Shown here piece by piece: positions 37,887 to 47,976 of a stretch of DNA of 64,000 bases. The translations under genes were made by a program, and so were the position numbers. Numbering within the stretch: position 1 is the stretch's first letter; the number at the start of each line of letters is the position of its first letter. Source of the DNA: Phycisphaerae bacterium (GTDB lineage Bacteria; Planctomycetota; Phycisphaerae; Sedimentisphaerales; UBA12454); NCBI GenBank assembly GCA_041652575.1, contig JBAZHC010000014.1:7137-71136 (forward strand), given 5' to 3'. The notes beneath the pieces are model-generated. The model saw nothing but the letters and a program-made list of their open reading frames with translations, had not been told where the DNA came from and did no database searches.

Positions 37887-39497
37887 ATGAAAAATATTAT
37901 CAATAATCATAGGCTTATAGCTGTCGGCTTATTGGTAATAGTATTATTTATCGCTGCTATCCGTATTCGGCTTTTAAGTATCCCTTTGGAACGCGACGAA
38001 GGGGAGTATGCCTATATCGCACAAATGATGCTTAAAGGTGTGCCTCCTTTTATTTCAGCTTATAGTATGAAACTGCCCGGCATTTACGCCGTTTATGCAC
38101 TTATTTTTCTGGTTTTCGGCCAGTCGGCTTCGGCAATCCATTTCGGCCTGCTGATAGCCAACATAGCGGCAATTATTTTAATCTTTTTACTGACAAGACG
38201 GTTATTCGATGATATCTCCGCTTTTATAGCGGCTTGTTCTTATGCAGTTGTGTCCCTGGCCAGACCGGTTCTTGGATTATCCGCCAATGCCGAGCATTTT
38301 GTACTGCTGCCTGTTCTGACAGGTTTTATCCTGTTGCTTCAATTTATCGAACGACGGCGATTATGGGTTTTATTTTTCACGGCGCTGCTGTTCGGCCTGG
38401 CATTTATTATCAAACAGCATGCGATTTTTTTCGGCATCTTCGCTGCTTTTTATTTGCTGTATTCCGATTTCCACTGCGAACCTTTTCGATGGAAAAACCT
38501 GATTGCCGGTCAGATTGTTTTTGCTGCCGGAGCAGTAATACCTTTTGTTGTAACTTGTTTTATTTTTTGGCGAGCGGGCGTCTTTGACAAGTTCCTGTTT
38601 TGGACATTCATTTATGCCGGTAAATACGCAAGTGTAACCCCATTGCAATTCGCTCCGGGGATTTTCTTTCATTATTTTTCAGATGTTTTCAAATTTTCAA
38701 TACCCATATGGATTTTTGCCCTGTCGGGGTTGTTTCGGATTTTTTATAACAGCAGCCTGCGTAAATTTATTCCTTTTATATCTGGTTTACTGTTTTTTTC
38801 ATTCCTTTCCATTTGCCCGGGTTTCTATTTTCGTTCTCATTATTTCATTTTTCTTTTACCTGTGACAGTAATCCTGTCAAGCCTGGGGTTCCTGGGATTT
38901 TGTGTTTGGATAAAAGGTCGTCTGCCCAGGCCGCTATATGGTCTGATTGCTGTTATTGCCGGGTTTATCTTAATCGGATATGCGTTATTTGAACAGCGAA
39001 TGTATTTGTTTGACGGTAATTCAGCTAAAGTATGCCGATTGATTTACAAAGCCAATCCATTCCTGGAATCGCAGAAAATTGCTGAATTCATTACCGCCAA
39101 TTCCGACTCAAACGATACTATTGCCGTTATCGGGTCTGAGCCCCAGATTTATTTTTACTCCCGCCGTAAATCCGCAACCCGATATATTTATACATATCCT
39201 TTAATGGAACCGCATGATTATGCCGCTTCAATGCAGAAGGAAATGATGAAAGAAATTGAATCAGCAAAACCGAAATTCCTTGTCTTTGTCAATATTCAGG
39301 CGTCCTGGCTTGTCAAGAAGGATTCCATAACGACTATTTTAAAATGGTTCGAGTCGTATAGCGGCGAATATTACGATGTTGTCGGCGTAACAGTATTGCT
39401 GCCTAATGAGCAGTCTATTTACCGGTGGCAGGTGCAGGCTCGCGATTATAGACCTTCGACTGATACCTGGCTTGCAGTATGTGAACGCAAACAATAA
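37887..39497 (+). CDS. Polytopic membrane protein, ArnT/GT39-like glycosyltransferase candidate
   Basis: 536 aa with about 10 TM segments, an early loop LERDEGEYAY, and a soluble C-terminal domain. The family call is tentative. Confidence 0.55.
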   Translation: MKNIINNHRLIAVGLLVIVLFIAAIRIRLLSIPLERDEGEYAYIAQMMLKGVPPFISAYSMKLPGIYAVYALIFLVFGQSASAIHFGLLIANIAAIILIFLLTRRLFDDISAFIAACSYAVVSLARPVLGLSANAEHFVLLPVLTGFILLLQFIERRRLWVLFFTALLFGLAFIIKQHAIFFGIFAAFYLLYSDFHCEPFRWKNLIAGQIVFAAGAVIPFVVTCFIFWRAGVFDKFLFWTFIYAGKYASVTPLQFAPGIFFHYFSDVFKFSIPIWIFALSGLFRIFYNSSLRKFIPFISGLLFFSFLSICPGFYFRSHYFIFLLPVTVILSSLGFLGFCVWIKGRLPRPLYGLIAVIAGFILIGYALFEQRMYLFDGNSAKVCRLIYKANPFLESQKIAEFITANSDSNDTIAVIGSEPQIYFYSRRKSATRYIYTYPLMEPHDYAASMQKEMMKEIESAKPKFLVFVNIQASWLVKKDSITTILKWFESYSGEYYDVVGVTVLLPNEQSIYRWQVQARDYRPSTDTWLAVCERKQ

Positions 39498-39553
39498 TAA
39501 CAATTCCATAATTCATTTGACATAACCGCTGAAAAGGAAATATAGTCTTTTAA

Positions 39554-42301
39554 ATGTCTGAAAAACCAAAAACACTCTATATAATCGACGGCCACGCTCA
39601 TATCTATGCGGCGTTTTACGCGCCAATGAGCCAGCAACTGGTCAGCTCGACCGGCGAACCCACCAAGGCGACCTATATTTTTACCAATATGATTTTGAGA
39701 CTTCTGGAAAGTAAAAAGCCGGATATGCTCGTCGTCGCGATGGATTCCAAAGAGCCGAGCTTCCGGAGGGAAATCTATCGGGAATACAAGGCGCACAGGC
39801 CGCCTATGCCGGACGAAATGCCGGTGCAGATAAATCGAATCGAACAGATACTCGAAGCGATGAATATTCCCATCATCCGCGAAAGCACCTTCGAGGCTGA
39901 CGATATAATCGGTACACTTGCCGCAAAGGCGGTAAAGGCCGGTATCGATACTTATATCTGCTCCAAAGACAAGGATATGCTCCAGCTTCTTGAAATCGGC
40001 GTTCGTATATACGATATCAAAACAGATGCTGTAACCGACGCGAAATCATTTACACAGGAAACCGGCCTTGAGCCGAGGCAGTTTATCGACATTCTGGCTC
40101 TGCAGGGCGATGCGGCGGATAATGTGCCGGGCGTTCCGGATGTCGGGCCGAAGACCGCCCTTGAATGGATAAAACAATATGGTTCGCTCGAAAATCTGTA
40201 CGAACACGCCGATGAAATTAAGGGCAAACGGGGCGACAACCTGCGGAATTCGAAAGACATCGCATACCTGAGCAAAAAACTTGTTACGATTAATTGCGAA
40301 ATGCCGGTAAAACTTGACGAAAAGACTTTTGCAGTTAAGGAATTCGACAAGGGAAAACTTGCCGCTGTTTTTACAGAACTCGGCTTTAACAGGCTTTTAA
40401 GCCAAATGGGTCTGTCCGCCGGCGAGCAAAAAGTGAAAGTGGATAAAGAAAAGCCGCCGGTAAAAGTTTCCAGCCCGGACGGTTTCGATACGATAAAAAC
40501 CGTAGAGCATAAATATACATTAATAGATACGCCTGAAAAACTTGACGGCTTTGTTTTGGATCTTAAAAAACAAAAACTTTTTGTACTCGATACCGAAACT
40601 ACCTCGATATCGGCTCATCGTGCCGAACTTGTGGGAATAAGTTTCTGCTGGGAGCTGCATAACGCGTATTATCTTGCGGTGAAGGGACCGATGGGTGCAA
40701 AATTTATGGGGCTGCAGGCTGTCAGAGAAAAATTGGCAGATATTTTCGCTGATGAGGAGGCCAAAAAAGTCTGTCAGAACGCAAAATACGATATGATAGT
40801 CCTGGCAAATGCCGGTATGCCAGTTAAGGGTCTTGTTTTCGATACGATGATAGCTTCTTATGTACTCGATGCCGAAAGGAGCCATTCGCTCGATAATATG
40901 GCGATGGATTTTTTGTCTTATCGTAAAATTCCGACTTCCGACCTGATAGGCAAAGGCAAAAATCAAATAAGTTTTGATATTGTAGATACGGCACTTGCCT
41001 GCGATTATTCCGGCGAAGACGCGGATGAAACATTCCAGCTTTACCAGTATCTAAGCGAAAAACTTGAAAAAGAGCCGAAACTGAAAAAACTCTTCGAAGA
41101 GATGGAAATGCCTCTTGTCGATGTTCTGACAAAAATGGAACTTAACGGCGTAAAACTCGATGTGCCGATTCTTAAAAAACTGTCGGTTGAGATAGACAAC
41201 CTGCTTGACGAGACGACAAAGAAAATTTACAGCCTTGCCGGCGGGAAGTTCAATGTCGATTCGCCGAAACAGCTTGCCGAAATACTTTTTAATCGGCTGG
41301 GTCTGCAATCTCTCCGCAGCGGCAAAACCGGCCCAAGCACCGATGCCGATGTTCTCGATGAATTGGCCGGCGAGCATCCGATTATCGAACAGATACTCCA
41401 GCATCGGCAACTGAGCAAACTTAAAAACACCTATACCGACAAACTTGGTTCGCTCATAAGCAGCCGAACCGGCAGGCTGCACGCAAGCTTCAACCAGACA
41501 ATAACCGCGACCGGCCGATTGAGCTCATCCGACCCGAATCTGCAAAATATTCCCATCAGAACTGAAATAGGCAAAAAGATTCGCGCAGCGTTTGTGCCGG
41601 AGAAAAAGGACGATAAAATTATCAGCCTCGATTATTCACAAATTGAACTTCGTGTGCTGGCGCATTTTTCAGATGATAAAGCCATGATAAAGGCATTTGA
41701 AGAGGATAAGGACATTCACAGCTTCGTCGCTTCGCAGATTTATAATGTCGATATTAAAGAAGTAACATCTGATATGCGGTCGAGATGCAAGGCGGTTAAT
41801 TTCGGCCTTATTTACGGCCAGGGCGCCTTCGGCCTGAGTAAAACAACGGGTATGAATGTCGCGGAGGCTAAAAAATTCATTGACGACTATTTCACCAAAT
41901 ATAATTCTATACAGCAGTTTAAAAAAGAAGCTATAGAGACGGCAAAAACAATCGGCTATGCTGAAACCATCTGCGGCAGAAGGAGAAACATTACCGGCCT
42001 CGAAAGCAAAAACGGCAATGTGAGGTCGCAGGCTGAAAGGCTGGTTATAAATACGCTGATTCAGGGTTCTGCCGCAGATTTGATAAAAATAGCGATGATA
42101 CGAATTCAAAAAAGGATTGAAAAAGAAAAACTGCCTGCGAAAATGATTCTGCAGATTCACGACGAGCTTGTTTTCGAGGCGGACGGCAAAGAAGCGGAAA
42201 ATCTCGCGAAAATTTTCGGCAGGGAAATGACAGGTGCGATAAAACTGAACGTACCGATGAAAGTCGATACGACAATCGGTAAAAGCTGGCTGGCGGAGTA
42301 A
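39554..42301 (+). CDS. polA: DNA polymerase I
   Basis: 5'-nuclease N-terminus, 3'-5' exonuclease region, polymerase motif A (DYSQIELR), motif B (RSRCKAVNFGLIYG) and motif C (QIHDELV). Confidence 0.95.
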   Translation: MSEKPKTLYIIDGHAHIYAAFYAPMSQQLVSSTGEPTKATYIFTNMILRLLESKKPDMLVVAMDSKEPSFRREIYREYKAHRPPMPDEMPVQINRIEQILEAMNIPIIRESTFEADDIIGTLAAKAVKAGIDTYICSKDKDMLQLLEIGVRIYDIKTDAVTDAKSFTQETGLEPRQFIDILALQGDAADNVPGVPDVGPKTALEWIKQYGSLENLYEHADEIKGKRGDNLRNSKDIAYLSKKLVTINCEMPVKLDEKTFAVKEFDKGKLAAVFTELGFNRLLSQMGLSAGEQKVKVDKEKPPVKVSSPDGFDTIKTVEHKYTLIDTPEKLDGFVLDLKKQKLFVLDTETTSISAHRAELVGISFCWELHNAYYLAVKGPMGAKFMGLQAVREKLADIFADEEAKKVCQNAKYDMIVLANAGMPVKGLVFDTMIASYVLDAERSHSLDNMAMDFLSYRKIPTSDLIGKGKNQISFDIVDTALACDYSGEDADETFQLYQYLSEKLEKEPKLKKLFEEMEMPLVDVLTKMELNGVKLDVPILKKLSVEIDNLLDETTKKIYSLAGGKFNVDSPKQLAEILFNRLGLQSLRSGKTGPSTDADVLDELAGEHPIIEQILQHRQLSKLKNTYTDKLGSLISSRTGRLHASFNQTITATGRLSSSDPNLQNIPIRTEIGKKIRAAFVPEKKDDKIISLDYSQIELRVLAHFSDDKAMIKAFEEDKDIHSFVASQIYNVDIKEVTSDMRSRCKAVNFGLIYGQGAFGLSKTTGMNVAEAKKFIDDYFTKYNSIQQFKKEAIETAKTIGYAETICGRRRNITGLESKNGNVRSQAERLVINTLIQGSAADLIKIAMIRIQKRIEKEKLPAKMILQIHDELVFEADGKEAENLAKIFGREMTGAIKLNVPMKVDTTIGKSWLAE

Positions 42302-42305
42302 AATT

Positions 42306-43046
42306 ATGAAAAAATACAGATGGCAGATAGTTTTGGGAATATCATTAGTCGCGCTTTCGGCGATTTTGTACTATATTCATTTTCTTATTTTCCGCGATGC
42401 GCATCATATTTATATATATCTTCTGGGCGATATAGCTTTTATACCGGTGGAGGTGCTGCTTGTTACCCTGATAATTCATAATCTGCTCAGTATTCGTGAA
42501 AAGAAAAACAAGATGGCGAAACTGAATATGGTTATAGGCGCCTTTTTCAGCGATACTGGCACGAAACTTGCCGAAAAGTTTTTCGAGCTTGACCCTGACG
42601 CCGAACAGATACGCGGCCAGCTTGTGATAAAAGACGACTGGACGAGTGAAAAATTCGCCTCGGCGGTCAGCCATCTGCGAAAACACGAATATAATATGCA
42701 GATTGACCGGGCGGACCTCGAAGAGTTCAGGACATATCTGCTTGGCAAAAGAAGTTTTTTAATGCGGCTGCTCGAAAATCAGAATCTGCTCGAACATGAC
42801 AGGTTCAGCAATATGCTCTGGGCGGTTTTTCACCTTACCGAAGAGCTGGTTCACAGGCAGAGCCTGAAGGATTTGCCGGAAAACGATAAAAAACATCTGC
42901 TCGGCGATATGAAAAGGGTGTATAAGGCGATTATTTTCGAATGGATCGAATATACAAAACATCTGAAAAAGAATTATCCGTATCTGTTCAGTCTTGCGAT
43001 GCGGACAAATCCGTTTAACCCTGACGCTTCGATATATGTTCCCTGA
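42306..43046 (+). CDS. Hypothetical membrane-anchored protein
   Basis: 246-aa ORF with two N-terminal TM helices. 4 nt after polA. No family recognised. Confidence 0.5.
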   Translation: MKKYRWQIVLGISLVALSAILYYIHFLIFRDAHHIYIYLLGDIAFIPVEVLLVTLIIHNLLSIREKKNKMAKLNMVIGAFFSDTGTKLAEKFFELDPDAEQIRGQLVIKDDWTSEKFASAVSHLRKHEYNMQIDRADLEEFRTYLLGKRSFLMRLLENQNLLEHDRFSNMLWAVFHLTEELVHRQSLKDLPENDKKHLLGDMKRVYKAIIFEWIEYTKHLKKNYPYLFSLAMRTNPFNPDASIYVP

Positions 43047-43082
43047 AAAAAAGCTGATTAGTTTTCTGCGAAGATAAATTCC

Positions 43083-44306
43083 ATGCATCAATTATTTAAA
43101 GATAAAAATTTTCTGCGATTATGCCTTGCGGCATTTTTTATGAGTTCCTGCCTTCAACTGGTTCAGATTGTTATGCCTTTTGTCGCCAAGTCACTGGGCG
43201 GCAGCGATACCGAAGTCGGACTTTGTTTTATGGGGCAGATGGGCGTTTATGTAATTTTCTGCATAATGGCTTATTTTATCGTTGAAAAATTTAAGCCGAG
43301 AAGAGTGTTGTGGGTTAGCGCAGCCGGTCAGGCCGTGATTGTATGCGGAATTTTAGGGGTCATCTGGCTGGGCAAAGATACCCCTTTGGCCGTAACGCCT
43401 GTAATGCAATTGGTTTTTCTTATGTCGATGATTGGCATTGTGACGGCGTTTTACTGGCCTGTGCTGATGGGATGGATTTCGACAGGACACGAAGGGGCGG
43501 AACTCACAAAACGGCTGGGATTTTACAATGTGACATGGGGCTCGGCAAATATGCTCCTGCCGATTGTCGGCGGGTACCTGATGGAAATAAATTATATCCT
43601 TCCTGTAACCGCGGCAGTTATCGTTACGATATTATGTATAATGGCCGTTTCCACTACTACCTGCATCAGCGAAATTCCAATAAAGAAATCAGAGGATTTA
43701 CCGGTTTTTATAAACGATATAAATCAAAATGAGAAAAGTCAATTTCTCTGGATATCGCGAGTAGCGATGTTCGCCAATTTTATATGTGCAGGCATATTCA
43801 GAAGCCAGCTCGGCATATATTATAAATTTGAACTCGGATTTACCGAATCAGTTTACGGCTGGGCAATATCGCTGATGTGCCTTTTTAACGTTGTTGTTTT
43901 TTATATGATGGGCAGAAGTTACTGGTGGCATTATAAAAAGGGAATGTTTGTCGCATCGCAGTTTTTAATAGTGATTTGTATGATGACGATTATTTTTTCA
44001 CACAATATTGTCGTACAGCTTCTGGCGGCGGGTATGACCGGAATCACTTACGGCATAACTTACAGCTCTCACCAATATTACGGCGTTTCAGGCGGCAAAA
44101 ATCGTGCAGGCAGAATGGCGATTCATGAGATAATTCTCGGCACCGGCTTTGCCGCAGGTTCGCTGCTGGGCGGAATGATTAGCGACAGTTTCGGCAGGCA
44201 TTTTCCTTACTGGTTCGGCTGCGGGATTATGGCTGCGTTTGGAATTTTTCAGGTGATTCTGTGGTTTTCTATTGGAATTCTTCAAAAGCAGAAACGTCTT
44301 TCCTGA
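43083..44306 (+). CDS. MFS-type transporter
   Basis: 407 aa with about 12 hydrophobic segments and an MFS-like organisation. Confidence 0.75.
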   Translation: MHQLFKDKNFLRLCLAAFFMSSCLQLVQIVMPFVAKSLGGSDTEVGLCFMGQMGVYVIFCIMAYFIVEKFKPRRVLWVSAAGQAVIVCGILGVIWLGKDTPLAVTPVMQLVFLMSMIGIVTAFYWPVLMGWISTGHEGAELTKRLGFYNVTWGSANMLLPIVGGYLMEINYILPVTAAVIVTILCIMAVSTTTCISEIPIKKSEDLPVFINDINQNEKSQFLWISRVAMFANFICAGIFRSQLGIYYKFELGFTESVYGWAISLMCLFNVVVFYMMGRSYWWHYKKGMFVASQFLIVICMMTIIFSHNIVVQLLAAGMTGITYGITYSSHQYYGVSGGKNRAGRMAIHEIILGTGFAAGSLLGGMISDSFGRHFPYWFGCGIMAAFGIFQVILWFSIGILQKQKRLS

Positions 44307-44568
44307 CGTCGCCGACATAAAATCTGCCGTCGTTATATATAAAATTCAAAATCGTATCAAGCTGACTGACGGTAAAAGTCCTGTCGTTTGACACCACGGC
44401 CAAACCTATAATGGCCATTTGCCTGTTGTCGAGCCTGTCAATCTCAGCGGCTGAAACATTAAACCGGCTTTTCAGTCTTTCGATAAGACTTTTTACAATT
44501 CTTCTTTTGTCCTTCAGGGTCATTACTCCCTGAAGATGTATGCAAATTCTCGCGGTGCCGGTGAACAT
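44269..44568 (-). CDS. DUF503-family protein
   Basis: LKDKRRIVKSLIERLKSRFNVSAAEIDRLD...AVVSND matches the DUF503 (YlxP-like) pattern. Confidence 0.75.
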   Translation of the reverse strand: MFTGTARICIHLQGVMTLKDKRRIVKSLIERLKSRFNVSAAEIDRLDNRQMAIIGLAVVSNDRTFTVSQLDTILNFIYNDGRFYVGDVRKDVSAFEEFQ

Positions 44569-45504
44569 TTATCCTCTCGGATGGAATTTTTTGTGGATGC
44601 TCCGCAACCTTTCCTGGTCAACGTGCGTATAAATCTGCGTTGTGGCTATATCGACATGGCCGAGCATCTCCTGAACGCTTCGCAAATCAGCTCCGCCGCT
44701 CAGCAGGTGGGTGGCGAAACAATGACGTAAAGTATGCGTCGTCATCTGTCTCGACAGGCCCGCCCGGCAGGCATATTTTTTTACAATCCGCCAGATTTCA
44801 ATCCTGCTTAAGGCTTTGCCTGTTCGCGATAGAAAAAGAAAATCGCCGCTGACAGGCTTTATTAGTTTAGGTCTTAATTGCTCAAGATATTGCTCAATCG
44901 CGGCTGTCGCGGCTTTATTAAGAGGAACGACTCTTTCTTTATGGCCTTTGCCAAGGCATCTTATATAGCCGATTTTTAAATTAGCATCACTGACCTTAAG
45001 CCCGGCCACTTCGCTGGCTCTTGTGCCGGTAGCGTAAAGCACTTCGAGCAGGGCACGGTCCCGGTGATAATAAGGCTCTTTTTCATCGGGACAGTCCATC
45101 AGTTTTGTAACCTGGTTTTTACTGCAGATGACAGGAAGTTTCTGCCATAGTTTTGGGCTTTCAAGAAAAATTGTTAAATCGTCTTTGACGTGTCCCATCA
45201 TTTTGCAAAAACGCATAAACATTTTTATCGCGACTACCGAACGGTTTATCGATGCCTCTGCTTTGCTCTGCCGGCCAAGAGTTTTTGCGTAATCGTAAAA
45301 TATAGTGGTGGTAATTTTGTCAGGCTGTTCGACACCTTTTGAGAGGCAAAAAGCGGTAAAATCTTTCAAATCCCGCCCGTAGCCGAGGATGGTGTTATCG
45401 CTCAGGCCCGCTTCGACGGTCAGGTAATTCAGAAAAGCCAGAACTACCTTGCCGAGCAATTCTGTTTCCAGTTTAGCGTTCAAATTTTGTACCTGTGTCG
45501 ACAT
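44569..45504 (-). CDS. Tyrosine recombinase XerC/XerD-like
   Basis: N-terminal SAM-like domain. RHCFATHLL and LGHVDIATTQIYTHV give the R-H-R-Y catalytic set. Confidence 0.85.
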   Translation of the reverse strand: MSTQVQNLNAKLETELLGKVVLAFLNYLTVEAGLSDNTILGYGRDLKDFTAFCLSKGVEQPDKITTTIFYDYAKTLGRQSKAEASINRSVVAIKMFMRFCKMMGHVKDDLTIFLESPKLWQKLPVICSKNQVTKLMDCPDEKEPYYHRDRALLEVLYATGTRASEVAGLKVSDANLKIGYIRCLGKGHKERVVPLNKAATAAIEQYLEQLRPKLIKPVSGDFLFLSRTGKALSRIEIWRIVKKYACRAGLSRQMTTHTLRHCFATHLLSGGADLRSVQEMLGHVDIATTQIYTHVDQERLRSIHKKFHPRG

Positions 45505-45648
45505 TTTGCCTCAATAGCCCGATAAAAAACGGCTTTTTCGCTTAATTTCAAGATATCGTTTCATTGCCTTTAGTTTTTTCGTCAAAAATATATCTTTTAC
45601 CTTAATAATTTTGGGGCGACCGAGAAATGAATATATCAAACAACTGCA

Positions 45649-46233
45649 TCACTTTGGCGGATAATAATCAGGAATTTTTCCTTTTTCATTTGCGCGGGAA
45701 GCCTGTTCTAAAATAGCCTGGCCCTCATTACTATCGGCTAAAAACCATGAGTCATCCTCAAGTCTGCGAACAAATCTATTATTATTTAACTGTCGAATCA
45801 TTTCTTTGGTTACATTGTCTTTTGAATTTTTTAAAAGTGAGATTATTTCTTTGCCTTGCGGCGTGTATTTTTCTAAAAAGCCGATAAAAAGCTCAGAATC
45901 ATTCGGGTCGCTGAAGTAGGTGAATACGTATGCCTTGACGCCTGCCGGCTCGCCGTCAGGAAGTTTGCCGGAAGGTGCATCGATAGGCGGAATCCTGTCG
46001 TCATTTCTTATAAAAAGTTCATTCGTATTCAGGTCGTAGAACCATGCTTTATGAGATTGCATAATCGGCGGACTGGAAGGTATTAACAGTGTTATCACAA
46101 TCAGTAAAAAGATAACAGCAGAGACAATACTTATGCCAATGATTATCTTCGGATTATTATTAATCCATTTTCTGATGCCCAGTTTTTCGAGGCGTTCTTC
46201 AATATCATACCAGATGTATTTCCAGTTTGGCAT
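45649..46233 (-). CDS. Hypothetical single-TM protein
   Basis: 194-aa ORF downstream of the prepilin-like gene. One TM (IIIGISIVSAVIFLLIVITLLI). Confidence 0.45.
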   Translation of the reverse strand: MPNWKYIWYDIEERLEKLGIRKWINNNPKIIIGISIVSAVIFLLIVITLLIPSSPPIMQSHKAWFYDLNTNELFIRNDDRIPPIDAPSGKLPDGEPAGVKAYVFTYFSDPNDSELFIGFLEKYTPQGKEIISLLKNSKDNVTKEMIRQLNNNRFVRRLEDDSWFLADSNEGQAILEQASRANEKGKIPDYYPPK

Positions 46234-46244
46234 ATTGTCGCTCC

Positions 46245-47120
46245 TTAATAGCCTTCGTTAAAACCCTTTTTACCTTTTAATAGTTCAATCATATATTCTA
46301 AATCAGGATTATCAGCCGATGCGTCTATCTCGTTCTGTCGGGTTGTTTCGTCATCAGCTAATTTAACAGTTCGCTGGTCTTTATATCTCCAGTAGCTGCA
46401 ATGACCATCGGCAAAAGAAAGATTGCTTCCGCTGTTATGTCTTGCCGTAATAATATTACATGGTACGCCGTCGCCGTTTCTGTAGAATTTCCACTGGAGA
46501 CCTGTTGGGCTCTCCGTCAAAGGCCAAAAAAGGCCACACAGCCAATAATCGTCTCTGGCACCTCGAAGTCCGCCGTCTGCATCAGTAAACACCATTTTTT
46601 CTGATGGCCTTGTAATTCCAGAAAGATTTGAAAAAGTGCTGATAATATTTACGTCATCCATCCATCGTTTATATGGGTAGCCCATAGTTGCGGGTATCGC
46701 ATAATCCCGCAAACGTCCCGGACGGCGGTTTGCTGTTGGATAGTTCCAGGAACTTTGGCATTCATAAAGTTTTACAGACTGCGTATAATGCCACAGAACT
46801 CCGTCTTTAATAGCTGTCTCTGTGCCGCCTATCCAATTATCGGGCAAAGCCGGACCATCAACAACCCAGCATGAAGCTGTCAGGCATCCTGTATCGGGCG
46901 AACAAAGCCTGTCGCGATTGTCCATAGCGTACAAATTCCACGCAAGTGTCAGTTGTCTAAGATTTGAAGCGCAAACAACGCGTCTGCCTGACTCTCTTGT
47001 CCGGGTAAGGGAAGGCATCAGTATCGACATCAGCATTGAGATGATGGACATAACCACAAGCAGTTCAACTAATGTAAACCCGGTTGTGCCGGCGATTCTA
47101 AAATCCTCTTTTTGCGACAT
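46245..47120 (-). CDS. Prepilin-type N-terminal cleavage/methylation domain protein (DUF1559-like pseudopilin)
   Basis: GFTLVELLVVMSIISMLMSILMP, then SNLRQL, then a C-terminal SFADGH-type motif typical of the planctomycete DUF1559 family. Confidence 0.8.
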   Translation of the reverse strand: MSQKEDFRIAGTTGFTLVELLVVMSIISMLMSILMPSLTRTRESGRRVVCASNLRQLTLAWNLYAMDNRDRLCSPDTGCLTASCWVVDGPALPDNWIGGTETAIKDGVLWHYTQSVKLYECQSSWNYPTANRRPGRLRDYAIPATMGYPYKRWMDDVNIISTFSNLSGITRPSEKMVFTDADGGLRGARDDYWLCGLFWPLTESPTGLQWKFYRNGDGVPCNIITARHNSGSNLSFADGHCSYWRYKDQRTVKLADDETTRQNEIDASADNPDLEYMIELLKGKKGFNEGY

Positions 47121-47394
47121 AAATTATCCCATGATTTTTATGCTCATTTGTTAGACCTCACTGCCATCCGATCAAACCACGGTGCCCAGGCAGGGGCGAA
47201 TATGCTATACTATTCGTCTTATGGCGGAAATAAAGTTTAAAATTATATCCTGCCGTAATTTTTACACGACTTAATTTGTCATACTTACCACGACTCGCCC
47301 GGGACAAGCCTGTGGTTTATGTTAAAAATTCATCTTGAGAGTCTGCAATTTACAGTTTATAATCTTCTAACTTATATATTTAAAGGGATTGACA

Positions 47395-47976
47395 ATGGTA
47401 AAGCAAGTTATTATCTGGACGCTATTTACGGTAATTTGTTTATTTTGCGGCTGTACCGAAAAACAGACGATAGCACCTGAGCCCAAATGTTTGTCCGGCA
47501 TCAATACGGATTCGGCTATGAAGGCGGCCGAGCGTGTTCTCATCGGTATGAATTTTGTTATAGATAAGGCCGATGCCAACCTCGCTGTAATGACGACAAA
47601 ACCGCTGACAGGTGGACAATTTTTCGAGCTTTGGCGCAGGGACAATGTCGGTGGCTACAACAATGCTGTATCCAATCTTCACAGCATTCAGCGGACTGTT
47701 GAGCTTGATTTTAATGGCAAGCAGGCACAGGTCTGTATCGGCTGTACTGTTAAAGTTGAAAGACTTTCAATCCCCGAAAAGGAAATCGACAGCACCGCAA
47801 GGGCATACAGTATGTTCTCAAGAAGCAGCGGAACAAGGCAAAGCCTGTCTCTTAATGCCAAACAGGAAAAAAATATGGACTGGGTTGATATCGGCAGAGA
47901 TAACCGGCTCGAAGCTGTCATCCTGAATAAAATTGATAAGGAAATTTCAAAAGCTGCAACGAAAGGTAAAAAGTAA
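47395..47976 (+). CDS. Hypothetical secreted/lipoprotein-like protein
   Basis: I prefer ATG 47395, after AAAGGGA. Signal-like N-terminus ending in CLFCGC. Confidence 0.5.
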   Translation: MVKQVIIWTLFTVICLFCGCTEKQTIAPEPKCLSGINTDSAMKAAERVLIGMNFVIDKADANLAVMTTKPLTGGQFFELWRRDNVGGYNNAVSNLHSIQRTVELDFNGKQAQVCIGCTVKVERLSIPEKEIDSTARAYSMFSRSSGTRQSLSLNAKQEKNMDWVDIGRDNRLEAVILNKIDKEISKAATKGKK

